The translations under genes were made by a program, and so were the position numbers. Below, piece after piece: positions 1 to 5,291 of a stretch of DNA of 11,107 bases; within the stretch, counting starts at the first letter, position 1; the number at the start of each line of letters is the position of its first letter. The stretch spans positions 1 through 11,107 of the forward strand of contig JANPJS010000076.1 of the NCBI GenBank assembly GCA_031425655.1. Direction: 5' to 3'. The notes under the pieces are model-generated. The model ran no database searches, was not told where the DNA came from, and saw only the letters and a list, made by a program, of their open reading frames with translations. Source of the DNA: Abditibacteriaceae bacterium. Its GTDB lineage: Bacteria; Armatimonadota; Abditibacteriia; Abditibacteriales; Abditibacteriaceae.

Positions 1-216
1 CAAATCGGGCACGCCGAGCGTGCCTTTTTCGAGCAGCGAACGCGCTTGCACCAAATAATAGGCGCCGTTGATGCCCGGCATCCACGGCGTGCAAAACACC
101 ATCCACGCTCGCACGGCTACGGCGGCCAAAATCACTAACAATAACGGTAAAAACGCCGGTTTTCCGGTTGGCTTTGCAAACTGCGAGGCGGATACGGCGC
201 GGGTGCTGTCGCTCAT
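1..216 (-). CDS. 5' part of a membrane protein, probably a GT-C fold (ArnT/PMT, GT39/GT83-like) glycosyltransferase; runs off the left edge
   Basis: Not in the ORF track. ATG at 216 opens a frame with no stop down to position 1: MSDSTRAVSASQFAKPTGKPAFLPLLLVILAAVAVRAWMVFCTPWMPGINGAYYLVQARSLLEKGTLGVPDL. A TM helix ending in R followed by a GAYY..QAR.LL..G...PD loop resembles the first external loop of GT-C proteins. Only 72 aa are visible. Confidence 0.6.
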   Translation of the reverse strand, partial: MSDSTRAVSASQFAKPTGKPAFLPLLLVILAAVAVRAWMVFCTPWMPGINGAYYLVQARSLLEKGTLGVPDL

Positions 217-335
217 AAAGTCGCTTTGGCTGTCTAAACGGTGTGCGGCGTTAAAATAACGGCGATGGTATTCCGACACAAGGCCGCAGGGAACATATTT
301 TCAGAGATTTTGGCAGGCACTTTCGCCCCACCCAT

Positions 336-1427
336 TCAAGTCCATAGTCCCAAGCGATTTTCGAGTTCTTCGCAGTTAAAATCGAGGCCCAATCCCGGTG
401 CTTCCGTTAATTGAAAATGCCCGTTTTTCGGCAGACATGGCGTTTTCAGAACGGCGTTTTGGTGCCCTGAGCGGTCGTTGAGTTCGCAGGGAAAATGCGA
501 GTGCAAAAGCGACGCGACGAAATGCAAATTCGCGGTGTGGCCGAGCAGCGGTTGAGTTTGGTGCGGCACGAAGTCCACGCCCGCGCCTTTGGCTAATGCC
601 GCCATGTCGCCAAGTCCCGTAAAGCCGCCGGTTTTGGCGATGTCCGGCTGCACAATGGCAACCCCGGCATCTATCAGGCTTTGGAGGCCGCGCAGCGTGT
701 ATTCCTGCTCGCCCGCCGCGATGGGAATGTCGAGTTTGTTTGCCACTTGCTCGAAACTGCGCGTATGAAGATGCGCGACGGGTTCTTCAAACCAGGTGAA
801 ACCCAATTCTTCGAGCGCCCGTCCGACGCGCAATGCCCCGGCGACTGAATAACCGTTATTGCCATCGAACGCCAGTGGAAAATCGTCGCCGACTAATTGG
901 CGCACGGCGCGGGCTTTGGCGATGTCGCCGCTTAAATCGGTGTCGCGCTGGGTTTTATCGTCATCGAAGCGAATTTTAATCAGCGCCGGTTGCAAAGGCA
1001 GCCACGCTTCGACTTCGCGCACGACTTGCTCGATGCTGCGGCGCGCGTTGTGACCAATCGAAGCGTAAAAAGGCAGTGCGGTGCGCCACGCGCCACCGAG
1101 CAAGCGATAAATCGGCTGGCCTAAAATCTGACCCTTCAAGTCCCATAAAGCCACATCAACAGCGGCCAAAGCGGCGGCAAAAGCTCCGTCCGGGCCGGTT
1201 TTGATGAACTCGTAAAACAAGTGGTCGTGCAAAACGCGGCTGTCAAGCGCATTGGCGCCGATCAAACGCGGCGCGAAAGCCTTGACGAGTTCCAGCGAGG
1301 CATTGCCGCCCGCCATCGGCGAAATTTCACCCCAGCCGCACAGCCCGTTTTCCGCCGTCACGCGCACCCACGCGCTGCGTCCGTGCTGCCAGCGAACGTG
1401 AAAAGGTTCTACAGCAGTAATATTCAT
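336..1427 (-). CDS. Mandelate racemase/muconate lactonizing enzyme family protein (enolase superfamily, probable acid-sugar dehydratase/epimerase), 363 aa
   Basis: N-terminal capping-domain motifs GWGE and AAVDVALWDLKG...PIYRLLGG. Metal ligands in AFDGN, WFEEP and AAGEQ, plus QPD, VPH and C-terminal PGLGLD. Start moved to ATG 1427 (MNITAVEPF), which overlaps the upstream TGA as ATGA. Confidence 0.93.
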   Translation of the reverse strand: MNITAVEPFHVRWQHGRSAWVRVTAENGLCGWGEISPMAGGNASLELVKAFAPRLIGANALDSRVLHDHLFYEFIKTGPDGAFAAALAAVDVALWDLKGQILGQPIYRLLGGAWRTALPFYASIGHNARRSIEQVVREVEAWLPLQPALIKIRFDDDKTQRDTDLSGDIAKARAVRQLVGDDFPLAFDGNNGYSVAGALRVGRALEELGFTWFEEPVAHLHTRSFEQVANKLDIPIAAGEQEYTLRGLQSLIDAGVAIVQPDIAKTGGFTGLGDMAALAKGAGVDFVPHQTQPLLGHTANLHFVASLLHSHFPCELNDRSGHQNAVLKTPCLPKNGHFQLTEAPGLGLDFNCEELENRLGLWT

Positions 1428-2824
1428 GGATTGCCTTCCAACAGCAAAACCCAGTCGCTTTCGCCCGCCGCGTTTTTCTCCGGCGGCGCAAATTCGCGGG
1501 TGCCAATATTGGGCAAAACTTCGGCTTGCACTGGTTTCAAACTGCCGTCGGTCGGGTCGAACCAACTCGCGCGCAGCGGAGCAATAAAACGAGCGAGGTT
1601 TACAGTCACCGTGCGCGCTTTGGGCAGATAAACGATGGCTAATGTGCCGTCGCCGGTGCGCGCGGCAGTGATGTAATCGTCGCTGCCGGCTTTGCCGCGT
1701 CCTTGCGTTATCAAATCCTCAGCAGCTTCCGGTTCCAGTTTCCACCAGTCGCGCGCGGCGAAAAGGCGGCTCACCAAGGCCATCTGTTTCGCGCCTGTGT
1801 CTTGCAGGCTTTCGCGCCATTTGTCGTTGACGCGCCACAAGTCGCGGTGCCCGTAAGCGTGACCGACTAACGCGCCGGAGAGAACCGCGCCGTAAGCCTG
1901 ACGGCGCAAACGAAATGGCAAGCCGCCGCGCCCGTCGTTGGACTCACGTTCATAACCCGATTCAGAAAGGAAAATCGGACGCGTGTTCTTCTCGCGTTTC
2001 CACTCGCCCAAAACGTGCCCGAACACTTCCTTATAGGTATAAGCGGCGTTTAAAGTCAGCCACGGCTGATCGTCGTAATAAGCGGCGCTGGAATTTTCCG
2101 GCGCGTTGTGGACGGCTATCAAGTGACGCGGCGCAGTTTCGTGGAGGCCGCGCGCCAATTGCCGAATTAGTTCGTGCGATTCGCCGGGGTTTTTATCGCC
2201 GCCCATCAGCCACGCGATATTATTGAATTTGCCGTAACGTTGGCCGATCCAGCGGCCCCATTGGTGCGCTTTTTCCGGCCCGTTGACATTCAGCGGCTTG
2301 AGTTTGCCTGCCTTGTCTTTTCCAGCCCAACCTTCGCCGCAGCAGCCCGACCACAGCGGCGCAATCATCAGGAACATTCCCATATCGGAAGCTTTCTGAA
2401 CCACTTTATCGGCGTGCGCCCAAAACGCTTCGTTGGGTTTGGCAAAATCGTCATCCACGAAAGGCAAGTGTCCGGCGCGGTTCTTCATGCCGTAAAAACC
2501 GGTCAGCATGATTTGCAGCGCCGAAAAGCCTTTGGCTTTGCGGTCGGCCATGTATTCTTCGGCTTCGGGCACGGTGAGTTGCAGCAACATCATCCACGGC
2601 GTGTCGGCCTGATAAAAAAACGGCTTATTGTTGGCGTCCACCAGATAACGATTATTGGCGCTGGCGCGCAGCGGAAATTGTGTTTGCATAGTTTTCTGAG
2701 GCGCGCTGGACGCTAACTGCGCCAAACGCTGCGGCTTTGAATCATCGGCCAGACAAGTCACGCTCATCACAGGCACTAACAGCAGCGCGACAAGTAAGGT
2801 GCGGACAAAAGTCGGATTTTTCAT
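1424..2824 (-). CDS. Secreted DUF4038/GH140 (apiosidase-like) glycoside hydrolase with C-terminal putative collagen-binding-like beta domain, 466 aa
   Basis: Signal peptide MKNPTFVRTLLVALLLVPVMSVTCLA. Family motifs RYLVDANNKPFFYQADTPW, R.AKGF, WLMGGD, PIFLSESGYE, RRQAY..VLSGA..GHAYG, and C-terminal WFDP.DG...DWVLLL. ATG 2824 is preferred over 2950 because it begins the signal peptide. Confidence 0.85.
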   Translation of the reverse strand: MKNPTFVRTLLVALLLVPVMSVTCLADDSKPQRLAQLASSAPQKTMQTQFPLRASANNRYLVDANNKPFFYQADTPWMMLLQLTVPEAEEYMADRKAKGFSALQIMLTGFYGMKNRAGHLPFVDDDFAKPNEAFWAHADKVVQKASDMGMFLMIAPLWSGCCGEGWAGKDKAGKLKPLNVNGPEKAHQWGRWIGQRYGKFNNIAWLMGGDKNPGESHELIRQLARGLHETAPRHLIAVHNAPENSSAAYYDDQPWLTLNAAYTYKEVFGHVLGEWKREKNTRPIFLSESGYERESNDGRGGLPFRLRRQAYGAVLSGALVGHAYGHRDLWRVNDKWRESLQDTGAKQMALVSRLFAARDWWKLEPEAAEDLITQGRGKAGSDDYITAARTGDGTLAIVYLPKARTVTVNLARFIAPLRASWFDPTDGSLKPVQAEVLPNIGTREFAPPEKNAAGESDWVLLLEGNP

Positions 2825-2875
2825 GAGTTTGGTGTCTTTGTCGCTGCGGCTTTCTCCCATAAGCCCGAAGGAATT

Positions 2876-2891
2876 CGGTCGAATTCGACCG
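2876..2891. promoter_or_regulatory. Perfect 16-bp palindrome CGGTCGAATTCGACCG, about 50 bp upstream of the GH140-like start (possible operator or RNA hairpin)
   Basis: Self-complementary as read directly, with imperfect outer arms (aagcccgaag...cttcg / ttcggctt) extending over about 2861-2909. Function is inferred. Confidence 0.4.
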
Positions 2892-2943
2892 GACTTCGCT
2901 GTTCGGCTTGCACACTCTTCAGCATCGCAGCAGCGGGGTTCAA

Positions 2944-3097
2944 TAGACATTATCGGGAATAAGGGCTTGCTTCAGGAAACAGGCGGGGCTGCGCCCTCTT
3001 CCAAACGGTTTGGTCTGAAAAAGCAACGTTTGTATGGGTGCGTAGCCCCGCTTCTGCATCGCTGTCGCACAGTTTTGCCTAAACCCAATAATGTCTA
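2944..3097. mobile_element. 154-bp MITE/REPIN-like element with terminal inverted repeats and nested internal inverted repeats
   Basis: TAGACATTATCGGG (2944-2957) matches the reverse complement of CCCAATAATGTCTA (3084-3097) at 13/14. Inner arms GCGGGGCTGCGCCC (2983-2996) / GGGTGCGTAGCCCCGC (3036-3051) and CAAACG (3002-3007) / CGTTTG (3027-3032). Both ends are TA, and it has no credible coding capacity. Confidence 0.6.
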
Positions 3098-3104
3098 ATT
3101 CAAT

Positions 3105-4484
3105 TCAATTCGGTTTCGCCGAAGCCGCCGGAGTGAGTTCGACAATCAAAACTTGATCGGGAACGTTCAAAGCAATCTGGTTATCGGCAATGGCCAGCGC
3201 AGACGCTGTCGTGCCGGAAGTCGGCAGGTAAGAAACCGCTGAAGCCATCGGAGTTTTGAGATTCAACGTCACTTTGACATCGGGATTGGTGATATCGGCC
3301 TCGACTTTGTTGGCGATATTGTAGGAATTCACTTCCTGCCACAGGCAAAGATAAAACTTGCCGTTGCTTTTTTGCAGCAAAGTCGAATGCACGTTCGTGG
3401 TCGCGCCCGAAAGCGTGTAATCCAAAACGCCCGCCTTGAAAGCGGGCACATCCCAGCGGCGCGTGGTGGCATTGAATGTCGCTTCCTTGAGCAAAGTCGT
3501 CAGGTTGCGAATTGCGGCGCCTTGAGGTTTGTAAGCCAGGCTTTTAGCGACCAAACCAAATGTTCCTTCCTGCGAGCCGTCTGTGTCCTGATCCGCAAAC
3601 TCATACCAAAATGACCGCAAGATGCCGCGATTGAAATTTTCCAGATAAAGACGCGGCGCATATTTTCCGGCAGCGGCGGGACTCACACGCTGATTTCCCG
3701 TATCCGAAGTTCCCGTTGTGTAACCGGTTTCGGTCACCAAAAGCTGCTTGCCGGGCGCAACGTAGTTCGCTCCGATTGCTTCTTTGAAAAAGCCCGATTC
3801 GGGAACGGCGGGCGCCGGCCCCAAAGGATACGAATGGGCGTTGCCGAAGTCCATGAAGGCGCTGAGGTCGCCGAGCGCCTCATAAGCCTTGTTGCCGACA
3901 CACGTTGGGCCGATAACGGGCGTGTTTTTCCAAGTCGGAGACGCTTTGACGGTGGCGAACAAATCCTGATGATACTTGCGGGCCGCGTCGCGCTTGGCGT
4001 CATCCCATTTCACATAGATATTGAGGATTTCGTTCTGCCCTTCGATGGCTTCCACGGCATCCCGCATGAGGTCGGCGGCCTGCAAACATTCGGCGGGCGT
4101 CAAAGTGAGAGACGGCCCGTCCTGCGATTTTTTGTATCTTCCACCGGCGAGAAAAGTGCCTTTGATGCCCGCTTGTCCCAGCTCGTTGTGGCGGTTTTTG
4201 ACCCAGTTTTTAAATAATGGGCTTTCAAAACCATCGCGGGTATGGCGAATTCCCATTTCCTGCAATCGGGTCTTGAGTTCGGCAAACTTAAGATAAGGAC
4301 TGCCGCCGTAATCGTAGCCCAGATGGATGTTGACACCAATGGAATCCACAAAAGCATCCGCCGACTTCGCCGTCACAGGATCAGCCGAAGCTGAAGATGT
4401 CGCGGACAGCAACACGCCCGCAGCAAGAACCGGCGCAAAGCCGGACAAGCGATTGTGAACTGACAATTTTGAAAACGTTCTCAT
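3105..4484 (-). CDS. Secreted clan GH-A (GH5/GH39-like) TIM-barrel glycoside hydrolase with C-terminal beta-sandwich, 459 aa
   Basis: AGGAG RBS 4 nt before ATG 4484 and a signal peptide ending SSASA-D. Motifs FVDSIGVNIH, GIRHTRDG, IEGQNE (acid/base position), GNAHSYP, VTETGY (nucleophile position) and GILRSFWYEF...FGL. The exact family cannot be resolved by eye. Confidence 0.82.
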   Translation of the reverse strand: MRTFSKLSVHNRLSGFAPVLAAGVLLSATSSASADPVTAKSADAFVDSIGVNIHLGYDYGGSPYLKFAELKTRLQEMGIRHTRDGFESPLFKNWVKNRHNELGQAGIKGTFLAGGRYKKSQDGPSLTLTPAECLQAADLMRDAVEAIEGQNEILNIYVKWDDAKRDAARKYHQDLFATVKASPTWKNTPVIGPTCVGNKAYEALGDLSAFMDFGNAHSYPLGPAPAVPESGFFKEAIGANYVAPGKQLLVTETGYTTGTSDTGNQRVSPAAAGKYAPRLYLENFNRGILRSFWYEFADQDTDGSQEGTFGLVAKSLAYKPQGAAIRNLTTLLKEATFNATTRRWDVPAFKAGVLDYTLSGATTNVHSTLLQKSNGKFYLCLWQEVNSYNIANKVEADITNPDVKVTLNLKTPMASAVSYLPTSGTTASALAIADNQIALNVPDQVLIVELTPAASAKPN

Positions 4485-4488
4485 TTTT

Positions 4489-4493
4489 CTCCT
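4489..4493 (-). promoter_or_regulatory. Shine-Dalgarno sequence AGGAG of the GH-A gene
   Basis: The minus strand reads TTTAGGAGAAAAATG, with the ATG at 4484. Confidence 0.75.
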
Positions 4494-4538
4494 AAATAAA
4501 GCTCCGCTTGAAGGAGCAACAGATGGCGCAAAAGACAA

Positions 4539-4544
4539 ATTATA
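4539..4544 (-). promoter_or_regulatory. Candidate sigma70-type -10 box (TATAAT) for the GH-A gene
   Basis: Perfect TATAAT about 55 nt upstream of ATG 4484 in GC-rich sequence. The best -35 (TGGACG, 4/6) sits at a suboptimal 15-nt spacing. Confidence 0.4.
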
Positions 4545-4877
4545 ACGACTTGCCTTTGGCGTCCACCAAACAACGCTGATTGGCGCCGGCCTTGAGCGAA
4601 AATTGTGTTGGCATCGCTTTCCGAAACGCGAAGGAGAGCCGAACGCGACCGTCCTCATGCTAAGGCAAGATCAAGCGCAGACCATTAGCCTCGTCTATAT
4701 TGAGTGTTTGCTTGAGAAAATTGGAATCGTTATCGGCCAGTCCACATTTTCTTGCGGCGCGACGGCAACTCCAATCGGAGCTTTGGCAGCGAGTGCGGGC
4801 GTTGCGCTCGAAAGCGCCAAAACCAGCGCGCCAAACCATGCCCCAGGCAACGCCGGAACCAATTGTGATTTTTTCAT
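4540..4877 (-). pseudogene. Decayed remnant of a secreted glycoside hydrolase gene, including a fragment paralogous to the DUF4038/GH140 N-terminus
   Basis: ATG 4877 gives a signal-peptide-like MKKSQLVPALPGAWFGALVLALSSATPALA. A second frame reads ...NFLKQTLNIDEANGLRLILP*HEDGRVRLSFAFRKAMPTQFSLKAGANQRCLVDAKGKSL*, which matches QKTMQTQFPLRASANNRYLVDANNKPF in the intact gene. Positions 4544-4630 align ungapped to 2619-2705 at 66/87 nt (hand count). Confidence 0.7.
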
Positions 4878-5192
4878 GATATTTTCTGAGAACCAACTTA
4901 TTACACTCCATAATGCCGGCGACCGGCTTGGTTAAAGCCATCTCACCAGGGCAATCGCATGAGGATTTTCAGGACAAAACGCCGCAAAGCGCGACACGAA
5001 AGGTTCACTGATGGAAGCGAAAAGCGAAGAAATTGGCTCCAAAATGCCACGCGTTCACTGGGCGGCGCGCACCCAGACGCCCTCGCACGGCGACTAATTC
5101 GAGGACACAACGCGCATTCGGTGCGGCTTGGCAACAGGAGCGAGGAATATTTCATCCGGCGCTTCCGCAATTGCGCCGCGCAAACTCGACTG

Positions 5193-5224
5193 AATCGTGA
5201 AACGTAATCGTGAAACGTAATCGT
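5193..5224 (+). repeat. Tandem direct repeat of AATCGTGAAACGT (2 full copies plus AATCGT) in the divergent intergenic region
   Basis: Exact copies at 5193-5205 and 5206-5218, a partial copy at 5219-5224, and a 10/13 relative AACCGTGAAAACT at 5272-5284. Confidence 0.85.
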
Positions 5225-5291
5225 TAGCGCCTTGTGGAATCGCGTCTGCGGCTTGTGGCGCCGGCGATTGGAACCGTGAAAACTTGGGCTT

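Noticed and set aside
68..259. 63-aa plus-strand ORF
   Set aside because: It is antisense to the more protein-like minus-strand membrane protein starting at 216.
295..307. ATATTTTCAGAGA resembling ATATTTTCTGAGA at 4879-4891 (12/13), both upstream of minus-strand starts
   Set aside because: Only two AT-rich instances at very different distances from their start codons. This cannot be distinguished from chance without a genome-wide motif search.
1428..1565. N-terminal 46-aa extension of the MR-family ORF in the track
   Set aside because: It overlaps the GH140-like C-terminus. The family fold begins at MNITAVEPF (ATG 1427), which has an ATGA coupling.
2825..2950. 42-aa extension of the GH140-like ORF
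   Set aside because: It precedes the signal peptide, and its ATG lies inside the TIR of the MITE-like element.
4485..4658. 58-aa extension of the GH-A ORF
   Set aside because: ATG 4484 has a clear AGGAG RBS and a signal peptide. The extension runs through the relic in a different frame.
4660..4662. In-frame TAG as possible readthrough or pyrrolysine recoding
   Set aside because: The frame stops again at TAA 4540-4542, and no pyl genes are seen. Pseudogene decay is the simpler explanation.
5193..5224. Possible CRISPR array
   Set aside because: The units are 13 bp, directly abutting with no spacers, and there are no cas genes in the window.
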